From a virus (Duplodnaviria > Caudoviricetes): a stretch of 25,747 bases of DNA. The stretch lies in the IMG/VR virus record IMGVR_UViG_3300048888_000013, positions 1 through 25,747 of that record. One strand, written 5' to 3'. Shown piece after piece: positions 7,966 to 16,894 of the stretch (positions are counted from its first letter, which is position 1; every line of letters starts with the position of its first letter). The position numbers were made by a program, and so were the translations under genes. Below the pieces are notes generated by a model. The model ran no database searches and had not been told where the DNA came from. It saw only the letters and a program-made list of their open reading frames with translations.

Positions 7966-9674
7966 TGGCTGACGCATTCGATGAGATCGCACGCGATCTG
8001 GAAACCAGCGGTCCCGATCAGCGCATAGTCGACACCACTGGTCAAAAGCGCGACGTCTTCGATGTTCTGCAGGGCGAGCTCGCGGGCAACCGTGGAAAGC
8101 TGGAGGCAACCCGCGCCGGGGCGGTGAAAGACCTGATGGTCGTCGGCCCGCTGCTGGAGCACGGCTATCAGGCCGGCAAGACGGCACTGGGCTACGATCC
8201 CGGCTTCACCGGGCGTGCGGTCGCGGCCAATCCCGACTACGCCGCCCTCGGCGGTCTGATCTCCAATACGGCGGCAACGGGCGGGATCGGGGCGACCAAG
8301 TACGGGGCAATGGCGCTCGGTGGCAAGGCACTGCCGTTCCTCGGCCAGCTGGGGGAGAACCTCCTCACTAGGATGGGGGTAGGGGCGACCAGCGGAGGCG
8401 CTCTAGGCGCTGCCGATGCCTACATGAGGGGAGAGAGCCCGGTAGCCGGCGGCGCAATGGGTGCGGTCGCTGGGGGCGCTGCGCCGGCAGTGGGCGGCGT
8501 CATGCGGGGGCTGATCTCCCCCTTCAACACCCCCACCCAGACCATTGCGCAGCGGACCACCCAGCCGGCAATCGACACGCTGACCAAGGAGGGGGTCCGG
8601 CTATCGGCCGGCGATCTCAGCGGCAATCGGGCGATGAAGGGTTTTGAGGATTTGCTTCGGCACTATCCCGGCGTCGGGGGTCAGGCCGAAGACCTCGGCA
8701 AGCGCGCCCATATGGACTTCACGACGTCGGCGCTGCGTCGGGCCAATCCGAACTTGCCGGAAGGCACGTTGGCGACGCCCGAGGTGCTGAACAAAGAGTT
8801 GGGCGCGCTGAAGACGCGGCTGGATACGGCGCGCAACAACACCGTGCTTTATCCGAAGCATGAGCTTGCGAACGACCTTCGGGATGTGCAGAGCACTTAT
8901 GCCCGCAGACAACCCGTAGGCGGCGATCCCAACGTCAACGAGCAGCTCGCGCAGCTGCAGAAGCGGCTGCAGCAAGGATCAATCCCCGGCGAGCAATATC
9001 AGGCGCTGCGCACCGATCTGCGCTTGCTGGGTGAGAAGGCGCTCGGTCAGGGCAGGGCGGCGACGCCAGAGAGCAACGCCTACTTCAGCATGCGCAAGGC
9101 GCTCGATGATCAGATGGAGCGCGATGTCTCGCCTGCGTTCGCAGCGGAATGGAAAGACCTCAATCGCCGCTACGGCAATCTGAAGACCATCGAAGATGCG
9201 ATGACGACGACCGCGCAGGAGGGGAACAAGGGATTTATTAATCCGCGCGCACTTGGTCAGGCGATCATCAGCCGCAGCGGAAATCAGTATGCGCGCAACG
9301 CCGGCCCCGAGCTGACCGAGCTGGCGCGCGCCGGCAACGCCGTACTGAAACCGCTGCCCGAGAGCGGCACCGGGCGACAGCTGATCGGTGCCAGCATGGT
9401 TGCTGGGGCCGGCGGCGTCATGGGCGGCGCGCTTGGCTTCAAAGGCAGCGAGGATAGTCCGGTCGCCGACACCGCATCCGGCACCGGCAAGGGTGCCATG
9501 AACTCTGCGCTCGCCGCACTCCTCCTCGGTCGCGTGGCACTTTCTCAGCGTGGCCAGCAAACACTGATGAACAAGCTGCTGTCGACGCCGCGCGCAGTCA
9601 GCCTTGCAGCCGGCCCATTGCAACAGTTCGCCCTTCCCGGGCGCTCACCCACGCTGCGCGATCTGGGGGAATAA
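7965..9674 (+). CDS. Putative ejection (internal virion) protein at the gp16 position
   Basis: TGATG coupling. Gly/Ala-rich hydrophobic segments and an ELARAG..VLKPLPESGT motif. Synteny. Confidence 0.6.
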   Translation: MADAFDEIARDLETSGPDQRIVDTTGQKRDVFDVLQGELAGNRGKLEATRAGAVKDLMVVGPLLEHGYQAGKTALGYDPGFTGRAVAANPDYAALGGLISNTAATGGIGATKYGAMALGGKALPFLGQLGENLLTRMGVGATSGGALGAADAYMRGESPVAGGAMGAVAGGAAPAVGGVMRGLISPFNTPTQTIAQRTTQPAIDTLTKEGVRLSAGDLSGNRAMKGFEDLLRHYPGVGGQAEDLGKRAHMDFTTSALRRANPNLPEGTLATPEVLNKELGALKTRLDTARNNTVLYPKHELANDLRDVQSTYARRQPVGGDPNVNEQLAQLQKRLQQGSIPGEQYQALRTDLRLLGEKALGQGRAATPESNAYFSMRKALDDQMERDVSPAFAAEWKDLNRRYGNLKTIEDAMTTTAQEGNKGFINPRALGQAIISRSGNQYARNAGPELTELARAGNAVLKPLPESGTGRQLIGASMVAGAGGVMGGALGFKGSEDSPVADTASGTGKGAMNSALAALLLGRVALSQRGQQTLMNKLLSTPRAVSLAAGPLQQFALPGRSPTLRDLGE

Positions 9675-10940
9675 ATGTCTGGCACAATCAATCTGGCGCT
9701 CACGCAGCAATTCGACATGGACGGTGCGCCGCTTTCTGGCGGTCTGCTGACGTTCTACACGGCAGGAACATCGACGCCGCAAACACCGTACCAAGACACC
9801 GCACTGACAATCGCACATTCCAATCCGATTGTGCTCGATGCGAGCGGTCGGGTGCCGATGTTCTATGTGAGCGACGGCTTCATCAAGATCAGGCTCACCG
9901 ACAAAAATGGCGTCGTCATCATTGCTGCGGATCAGCTGCTGGTGATTGGGCCGTCGTCCGGCGGCAGTACCGGCGGCAGCACTGGCGACGTGACAAGACA
10001 ATTCGACACTGGCGACATCAAGGCGCGATACGACGACAAATCGATCAATGGCTGGGTCCGCTGCAACGGCAACACAATTGGCAACGCTGGTGCAAGCGAA
10101 CCAAATGGCAATGGTGAGAGCGCAAAGGCGCTGTACCTATATCTCTATACGTTTCCAAGCATCAAGTTGGCTGATGGCGCGGTGAAGACCGGCAACGCCC
10201 TCACCGACTTCGGGAACAACCTAAAAATCGTTCTTCCCGATCTGCGCGGTCGCACCATTGCCGGCTTGGACGACATGGGCGCGTTGTTGGGGGCGGCATC
10301 GAGATTGACTGCCTCCTATTGGGGGCTTGTCGGAGTGACGCCGACGACAGATGCGATAACGCTCGGCCATGTCGGTGGCGACGAGAAGCGTGCGCTGGTG
10401 GCGTTGAACATCGCTGGACACACACACACCATCACGGCGTCAGGTGGCTCTCCGGCCCCCGGCGTCGGCAACTTCACCAGCGGCAGGGTCACCGTCTTCA
10501 ATGGCAACACCGTCGATCACACCCATGCTTGGGGCAACTTTCTTGGTTCGCCTGCGCAGGGTGTCCCTAGCGGCGTCACCAGCGGGCCAATTAATGCGGC
10601 TGCAGATCAGGCTGTGAGCCTCGATCATACGCACTCTGGGGTGGTTGTTACGAGCCACCCGCAGGGGTCACTCAACAATGCGGGATGGTTTGCAGGCAGC
10701 GGCAGCACTGGAAACATCGATACGCTCGTCGATCAAACAGGAACGGTTGGTGGCAGCCTAAACCACTATCACGCGGTTGGTGGGCAGACCGGACCTATGG
10801 CGGGAGCATTTTCCGGGGCCAACACCGTCGATCACCGGCACACATTCAGCGGCACCACCGACGCCAATCAAGCTGCCGCACCAACGCCGCTCGCGACCGC
10901 CACTCCCTCGATGGTGATGACCATCTACATCAAACTGTGA
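9675..10940 (+). CDS. Tail fibre with podovirus anchor domain, collar domain and His-x-His needle
   Basis: N-terminal QQFDMDGAPLSGGLLTFYTAGTSTP...NPIVLDASG. Collar GDIK...GWVRCNG...LPDLRGRTIAG. Five HxH motifs. Ends in PSMVMTIYIKL. Confidence 0.85.
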   Translation: MSGTINLALTQQFDMDGAPLSGGLLTFYTAGTSTPQTPYQDTALTIAHSNPIVLDASGRVPMFYVSDGFIKIRLTDKNGVVIIAADQLLVIGPSSGGSTGGSTGDVTRQFDTGDIKARYDDKSINGWVRCNGNTIGNAGASEPNGNGESAKALYLYLYTFPSIKLADGAVKTGNALTDFGNNLKIVLPDLRGRTIAGLDDMGALLGAASRLTASYWGLVGVTPTTDAITLGHVGGDEKRALVALNIAGHTHTITASGGSPAPGVGNFTSGRVTVFNGNTVDHTHAWGNFLGSPAQGVPSGVTSGPINAAADQAVSLDHTHSGVVVTSHPQGSLNNAGWFAGSGSTGNIDTLVDQTGTVGGSLNHYHAVGGQTGPMAGAFSGANTVDHRHTFSGTTDANQAAAPTPLATATPSMVMTIYIKL

Positions 10941-10947
10941 GGCCGCA

Positions 10948-11316
10948 ATGCCGTTCTATACTGGCCACATCGCGGCTGCGAGCAACCGCGCCGATCTGCT
11001 GTTCAGGGTCGAGTTGGTCGACCCAGCAACCAACGACTTTGTCGACCTCACGGGCGCGACGATCACGGTCGGGCTGCGCCCGGTGTCTGGCAGCAACAGC
11101 GGCTACTCAACGCCGACGCTGGCCGGCACCAATCAGGATGGGCACGTCACCATCGTCAGTCCCGGCGTGTTCGATGTGAAGTTCACACGCGCCGAGATGA
11201 CGCAGTTCCCTCCCGGCGATCTCGACATTGGCATCACACTGCGGCAGGCCAGCGGCATCACCTATCAGCTCTTCGCCGGCCAGCTTCCGGTCGTTGACGG
11301 AGTAGTCGCAGCATGA
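10948..11316 (+). CDS. Ig-like fibre attachment/adaptor protein (BppU-N-like)
   Basis: VDLTGATIT...G.VTIVSPGVFDVKFT..EM pattern. 122 aa, directly upstream of the fibre genes. Confidence 0.55.
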   Translation: MPFYTGHIAAASNRADLLFRVELVDPATNDFVDLTGATITVGLRPVSGSNSGYSTPTLAGTNQDGHVTIVSPGVFDVKFTRAEMTQFPPGDLDIGITLRQASGITYQLFAGQLPVVDGVVAA

Positions 11317-12962
11317 GCCTCACCGCATATCCGACGTTGAGATTAAAGCTGACGATGCCGACTGCGCTCAAGCTGCAGTTTTTGCCGGCCGTTCCCGGCT
11401 TCAATGCGTCAGCCGCTGTCGCTGCGGTCGAAAACAAGGTCAATCGCCCCGGCGATACGATGACCGGCTTCTTGACCGCAAACGCCGATCCGCAAGCGCC
11501 GCTGCACTACGCCACGAAGGGTTACGTCGACACTGCGGTAAGCACCGCCGTTCCCGTTGGCAACTTCGTGTTGAAGACCGGCGACGTGATGTCCGGCGAT
11601 CTGAATATCTCGGCGACCAATGCGGCGTTGCGGCTCAACGCGCCCGACACCAGCCCCACCTTCATCGTTATGGGGCGCTCTGGTCTGGTCCGCTGGTCGA
11701 TGATGACGACCGGAGTTGAAACCGGCACCGGCAACGTCGGCTCGGACATCGGCCTTACTCGTTTCACCGATGCTGGTGGTGGCATCGATACGCCGTTCAA
11801 TCTGTCGCGTTCGACCGGCGAGCTGACGCTGACGAAGCCGCTGTCGCTGCCGACAACGGGCAACCCAACACTGCCGCAGCATGCGGCGACGAAGCAATAT
11901 GTCGACGCCAATGCGGGTAGCGGCGGTCCCATCCCCGGTGCTACCGGGCTGTTCGTTTTCAAGGACGCCACCAACGGCGTACTGACCAAAGCCATTATCG
12001 GGAGTGATCTCCCCACGGCACAGAATGCCGCGCTCGGCGCGGTGAAAGCAAAGCCAGCCGTCACAGGACAGGTTCTTAAAGCCCTCGCAGAGGATGGCAA
12101 CTTCCTACAGGCCGCGCCGACGCCAGCCGACTTGGCTGTGTGGGGCATGCGTGAGAAGCTAACCGCGAACAGAACTTATTACGTTGCGACGGCGGCAAAC
12201 GGGGGGAGTGACAGTAACAACGGTCTGCAACCAACCGTTGGAACGGCACCCAATGGACCGTTTCTCACGATCCAAAAAGGCATCGACACTGCAGTCGCTC
12301 TGGACCTGTCCATATTCAATTGCTCGGTAAGGGTCTTGGACGGGACATACATCACAACGTCAGTCGCGCCAGCCGCGAAGACAGCAATGGTCCTGAAGAG
12401 CTACGTCGGAGCTGGACCGATCAGCATCGTAGGCAACACGGTAAACCCGCAGAACGTCATCGTTGACGTCACGCAGGGCGACTGCGTCAACGCAACGAAT
12501 GTTCTGGGGGTCTACAACATTGCGGGGTTCACGTTTATCGCAAACACGGCGGGCTACAACGCTACGCGGTGCAACGGTGGCGCAACCAATATCGCGTTTC
12601 AGGACATTCGTTGGGGCACGGCTCAGATCCACGTCATGTCGGACTATGGATCGCAAGTGTTCTGCACCGGCAAGCAGGAGATATTCGGCGACTGCCTCTA
12701 TCATTGGAATTTCACCAACAAGGGCATCATTCAGGATGTTGGGAAGGCGATCACTCTGACGGGAACTCGGAACATCAGCGCTTTTGCTTTTGGTGCTTTC
12801 AATGGATTGCTGATCGCAAATCAACTTACCTTCCTAGGGCCTGTACCGAACGGACAGAAGTTCGTCAACGCATCGCTCGCCATCATCAACACCGGCAGTG
12901 CCGATCTGAACGCCTTTCCCGGCTCTGTTCCGGGCACGACGTGGAGCGGGGGGTATTTCTGA
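11313..12962 (+). CDS. Tail fibre/spike protein 2 (549 aa)
   Basis: GDTMTG / GDVMSG and ATKxYVD fibre repeats. C-terminal YYV..GSDSNNG..PFLTIQKGID domain, probably a beta-helix. Confidence 0.8.
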   Translation: MSLTAYPTLRLKLTMPTALKLQFLPAVPGFNASAAVAAVENKVNRPGDTMTGFLTANADPQAPLHYATKGYVDTAVSTAVPVGNFVLKTGDVMSGDLNISATNAALRLNAPDTSPTFIVMGRSGLVRWSMMTTGVETGTGNVGSDIGLTRFTDAGGGIDTPFNLSRSTGELTLTKPLSLPTTGNPTLPQHAATKQYVDANAGSGGPIPGATGLFVFKDATNGVLTKAIIGSDLPTAQNAALGAVKAKPAVTGQVLKALAEDGNFLQAAPTPADLAVWGMREKLTANRTYYVATAANGGSDSNNGLQPTVGTAPNGPFLTIQKGIDTAVALDLSIFNCSVRVLDGTYITTSVAPAAKTAMVLKSYVGAGPISIVGNTVNPQNVIVDVTQGDCVNATNVLGVYNIAGFTFIANTAGYNATRCNGGATNIAFQDIRWGTAQIHVMSDYGSQVFCTGKQEIFGDCLYHWNFTNKGIIQDVGKAITLTGTRNISAFAFGAFNGLLIANQLTFLGPVPNGQKFVNASLAIINTGSADLNAFPGSVPGTTWSGGYF

Positions 12963-15001
12963 TGGCCAGCCAATTCAACCAATTCGACTGGTATTGGTCC
13001 GTTCAGGACAACAACCCCAGCGGTCTGGTATACGGAACTAACCCCGGGGCTTATGTTCCTCTTTCCGATGCAAACTATGTTGCGTGGCTTGCGAAAGACG
13101 GCGGCGGCAACCAGCCGACGATCATCGACACCGATGCCAGCCTACGCATCGTGCTGAACAATTACGCCATCTCAAATTATTACCCTTCCACCAAATATCT
13201 CACGATGACGGCGGATGTCACGTTGACCAACCCGCCTCCCAACTTGATCAGCGTCACCAACAACACTGGGACACTTCTCAAGGTTATCCTGCCTGTTGCC
13301 AATGCCCCAAATTCTATTCCAATTGGCATTCCAATCGTGTTCAAAAACGTCAGCGTGGGAGCTGGAGCGTTTGCTGTTTCCCTTATGTCGAGCAATGGCA
13401 CAACGGCGGTAGGCGGGCCGCCGGTTGACCCCGGCATGATCATCACCGCTGTGCCTTCGAGTAACAACAGCAAGCTCGGAGGCTGGGACGTTCGCAACTC
13501 TGGCAACGTCAGCGTGTCCGGTATTGCGGTTGCCAACCAATATGCCAAATGGACTTCGCCATACACCATTCAGGGTGTTGCGCCCAGCCAAGTGCAGCAA
13601 GACATTCAAGCGTATCCGATAACCGGCGGCGTCCTGACCGGCAACGTCACAATACAAAAATCAAATCCCATACTTACTCTTTGGAAAGCGGCATCTGGAG
13701 AGCAGGCAGCCATCGAAGGAAAGCGTTCCGGGGGCGCTGGGAGCATGCGCTGGCGGTTGCTCCTCGGTGACGAAACGAACGAGCCGGGTAGCGGCAATAT
13801 CGGCAGCGACTTCAGGCTGGACAATTACAATGACGGCGGCACCTTCGTCGGTTCGCCGTTCAGCATCGGTCGCGCCACCGGCAATGCGCTTTTCGGCGCT
13901 AACGTGCAGATCACCGGCCAACTGACCGCCAACGGCACTATCCTTGTATCGAAGATTTCTCCCCAAATTATAGTGAACAAAACCGCTTCGGGCCAAGCCG
14001 CTCAAATTCAAGGCAAGACAGCAGCAAATCTCCGTTGGGTGATGAACCTCGGCGACAATGTCGCTGAGACAGGAAGCAATGCTGGTAGCAACTTCACTTT
14101 GGACGCTTATGACGACGCTACCAACACATTTCTCAGTTCGCCACTGACCATCGCGCGTGCGACCGGCGCTGTGACCATCAACGGCAATTTGACCGTCAAT
14201 GGCACGATCATCGGCAAGCGCGAGGTGCTGACGGCGAACAGGAGCTACTACGTTCGCACTGACGGCAGCGACAGCAACAACGGTCTTGCCAACACCAGCG
14301 GCGGCGCGTTCCTCACGATCCAGAAAGCAATCGATGTCACTTGCGGTCTGGACACTGGTATCTACAACGTCGGCATTAACGTGGCGGATGGCACCTACGC
14401 TGTCACCGGCACGGCGTTGACGCTCAAGACCATCACTGGTGCTGGGGGCGTATCCATCACGGGCAACACGACGACGCCAACTAACTGCGTCATTGCCGCC
14501 ACCAGTGGTTTTTGTGTCTACGCTCCCGGTGTGCGTGGGACATGGACCGTAAACGGATTTCATCTGAAGGCATTGACAGCCGGGTTCGATAACGTGCTGG
14601 CAACGCAGATGTCTCTGTTGAATTTATCCAACCTAAGATTTGAGGGGCTTAACGCGCACGTCCATGCCACCTTTGGTGCGGTGATCGTAGTCCAAGGCAG
14701 CAACTATTCCGTTGCAGGCAACTTCAACATCCATCTCTTCTGCGACAGCCACTCCACCATCCAAGAGGTTGGTTGCACCTACACGGCAATCGGTACGCCA
14801 GCCATCGGCCAAGCTTGGGCATGGTGTACGCAAGGTGCTTTGATCATCACCAACGCCAATACCTACACTGCTTGCGTCTGCACCGGGCCGCGCTACTTTG
14901 TGAGCGGCGTGTCGTATGTGAACACAGGCACCGCTGGCAACGCCACCTACTTCCCCGGCAGCACAGCGGGCTCCGTCGCGACCGGCGGCATCTATGACTA
15001 G
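12962..15001 (+). CDS. Tail fibre/spike protein 3 (679 aa)
   Basis: True start is ATG 12962 (MASQFNQFDWYW), overlapping the previous TGA. Shares a repeat module and the C-terminal domain with fibre 2. Confidence 0.8.
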   Translation: MASQFNQFDWYWSVQDNNPSGLVYGTNPGAYVPLSDANYVAWLAKDGGGNQPTIIDTDASLRIVLNNYAISNYYPSTKYLTMTADVTLTNPPPNLISVTNNTGTLLKVILPVANAPNSIPIGIPIVFKNVSVGAGAFAVSLMSSNGTTAVGGPPVDPGMIITAVPSSNNSKLGGWDVRNSGNVSVSGIAVANQYAKWTSPYTIQGVAPSQVQQDIQAYPITGGVLTGNVTIQKSNPILTLWKAASGEQAAIEGKRSGGAGSMRWRLLLGDETNEPGSGNIGSDFRLDNYNDGGTFVGSPFSIGRATGNALFGANVQITGQLTANGTILVSKISPQIIVNKTASGQAAQIQGKTAANLRWVMNLGDNVAETGSNAGSNFTLDAYDDATNTFLSSPLTIARATGAVTINGNLTVNGTIIGKREVLTANRSYYVRTDGSDSNNGLANTSGGAFLTIQKAIDVTCGLDTGIYNVGINVADGTYAVTGTALTLKTITGAGGVSITGNTTTPTNCVIAATSGFCVYAPGVRGTWTVNGFHLKALTAGFDNVLATQMSLLNLSNLRFEGLNAHVHATFGAVIVVQGSNYSVAGNFNIHLFCDSHSTIQEVGCTYTAIGTPAIGQAWAWCTQGALIITNANTYTACVCTGPRYFVSGVSYVNTGTAGNATYFPGSTAGSVATGGIYD

Positions 15002-16559
15002 TCTGCCAGCGGACTTACAGCCGGTCCCGGTGTTCGCATCGGGCATGATGAGGCTGCGCACCGGCTACGCCAGCACTGGTGTCATAATCAATCGACCGTC
15101 TGACGGCGCTACTTTTGAGCTGACCTACGGCAGCGACAACAAGCTGTTCGACTTGGCCGCCTTCGATACCTTTCGCAACGGACAAATCTGTCAGGTGCTG
15201 CAGCGCGCCGATCAGATGAACAACAACACGATTGGCCCAACAGCTCTCGCCATGTGCCCGAGGATTTCCAACTACACAATCGGAAATCACCGCTGCATGT
15301 GGATGGAAAGTGACGCCAGACTGTTTCCGCCATTCAATCCAACGGGGCAGTACTACGGGCTTGTCTCGTCTACCATCACCCAGCTTGGGATCAAGGCAAA
15401 CGATTTCACCGTGATGCAAGTCGTGCAGCCCCACACCTCGGCATACTGCAATCAGGTGCAAGCGCCGGGGCTGCATCGCGGAACGATGTTTTCGATGGAT
15501 GCTGCAGGCAGCGTTGTGGCACGGCTCTACAACGACGGTCTAGGTGATGGCGTTTCATACGGCAGCAACTATCGGCTAAAGGCGGCCACTGATTTTGATT
15601 ACCGCATGAGGGATGGGCCGGTCGAAACCAACCCCACGCTGCTGTCCTGCACCACTGGAATAGAGGGCACGTTCCTCGGACAGAACGAGGATATCCGCTC
15701 GGTCGGTGCGCGCTCAAACATCACGACGATTGCACAGCAGCTGCGCATCGGCTTCAACGAAAACTCGGCGGTTAGTGCAAGCATCCCCAACGAGGGTGGC
15801 GCGTTTGCCGAGCTGCTGACGATGGTATGGGCACCGGCACTGACGCAACGGCAGGCGTCGATTGTGCGCTCGGCGATCTACGATCCGGTGCCGATTGATC
15901 ACCGCAGATCGCGCACCAATGCGCCGCTGATCCTGTGGCTGACCGACAGTGTTTGGGCCGGCTTTCACGGTGACGATCAGCGCGGAGCCGACAAGCGCGT
16001 TATGGCCAATCTGCCGTCGTGGGTGCGGTGGGCGAACTATGCTGTCGAGGGCGCTCCCATCCTGCCGCAGGACGCCAGCATCCCCATCCAGTTCCCCGAG
16101 CATTACGCGCTCGGCATGTTCGACGGCTGGATTGCGCAAGCGATCAAGATGCACAAGGACAAGCTGCATTGCGTCTGGGGTGCGCCGATCAACGACTACT
16201 TCTGCACGTTCAACGGGCATACGCCACCGACGCCGCAGGAGGCCTACGACAATGCAACGCTCGCCCTGATGGCGAGGGTGCGCGCTCTCGCACCCAATGC
16301 GGCATTCACGATCTGCACCGCGACGCGCGCAACCGGCTTTGCCAACGACGGCTGGTCGCAGTCCGTTGGCAATCTCATTCGTTCTGGCGCAGCTGCACAC
16401 AACTACAATGTGGTCGAGTTCCAGAACGACCCGGTGCTGAGTGTCTGCCCCGGTCCCTGCTATTCGGACGGCGCGCATCTGACCAACACCGGCTTTGATC
16501 GCGAGGCTGTGTTGCTTACACCCGGGCTGTCGCAATGGGCGGCACAGTTCACCCCATGA
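14994..16559 (+). CDS. ConA/arabinofuranosidase-B-like beta-sandwich fused to an SGNH hydrolase
   Basis: N-terminal RLRTGY...RPSDG...DQ pattern. SGNH blocks LTDSV, NYAVEG, GAPIND and DGAHL. Confidence 0.7.
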   Translation: MTSLPADLQPVPVFASGMMRLRTGYASTGVIINRPSDGATFELTYGSDNKLFDLAAFDTFRNGQICQVLQRADQMNNNTIGPTALAMCPRISNYTIGNHRCMWMESDARLFPPFNPTGQYYGLVSSTITQLGIKANDFTVMQVVQPHTSAYCNQVQAPGLHRGTMFSMDAAGSVVARLYNDGLGDGVSYGSNYRLKAATDFDYRMRDGPVETNPTLLSCTTGIEGTFLGQNEDIRSVGARSNITTIAQQLRIGFNENSAVSASIPNEGGAFAELLTMVWAPALTQRQASIVRSAIYDPVPIDHRRSRTNAPLILWLTDSVWAGFHGDDQRGADKRVMANLPSWVRWANYAVEGAPILPQDASIPIQFPEHYALGMFDGWIAQAIKMHKDKLHCVWGAPINDYFCTFNGHTPPTPQEAYDNATLALMARVRALAPNAAFTICTATRATGFANDGWSQSVGNLIRSGAAAHNYNVVEFQNDPVLSVCPGPCYSDGAHLTNTGFDREAVLLTPGLSQWAAQFTP

Positions 16560-16894
16560 CAAAGGAACGGTGGATTGGCATTGCTGTTGCAGTGGCGACT
16601 GTCGTGGCGACGCTGCTACTGCTCGCGCTGCTCCCTGCAAATTCGCGGGTGTCATACGACTGCACCGATCCCACCGAGCGTGAGCGCATTCGCGAGATTG
16701 CACTCAAGGGGATTGATGATGGTTTGCAGAACGCCATAAGCCACCTGTTCGATGTCTGGCAGAAAGACCCCACAACTTCCCAACCGCAGCGGGCGCAAGT
16801 AGGGACGACAAACGCGATCAATGCGCACATCCGCGCGCGCCAACATACGCTCGCTTGGAGCCCGCCAATCTGTGATGCGGAGAAACCAAAATGA
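16556..16894 (+). CDS. Exported or membrane-anchored protein, possibly lysis accessory (112 aa)
   Basis: ATGA coupling at both ends. Basic N-terminus, one hydrophobic helix (WIGIAVAVATVVATLLLLALLP) and two Cys. Confidence 0.65.
   Translation: MTKERWIGIAVAVATVVATLLLLALLPANSRVSYDCTDPTERERIREIALKGIDDGLQNAISHLFDVWQKDPTTSQPQRAQVGTTNAINAHIRARQHTLAWSPPICDAEKPK

Noticed and set aside
12147-14998. DGR template/variable repeat or invertible fibre cassette
   Set aside because: The paralogues differ at all base types with indels. No reverse transcriptase, invertase or inverted crossover sites were seen.
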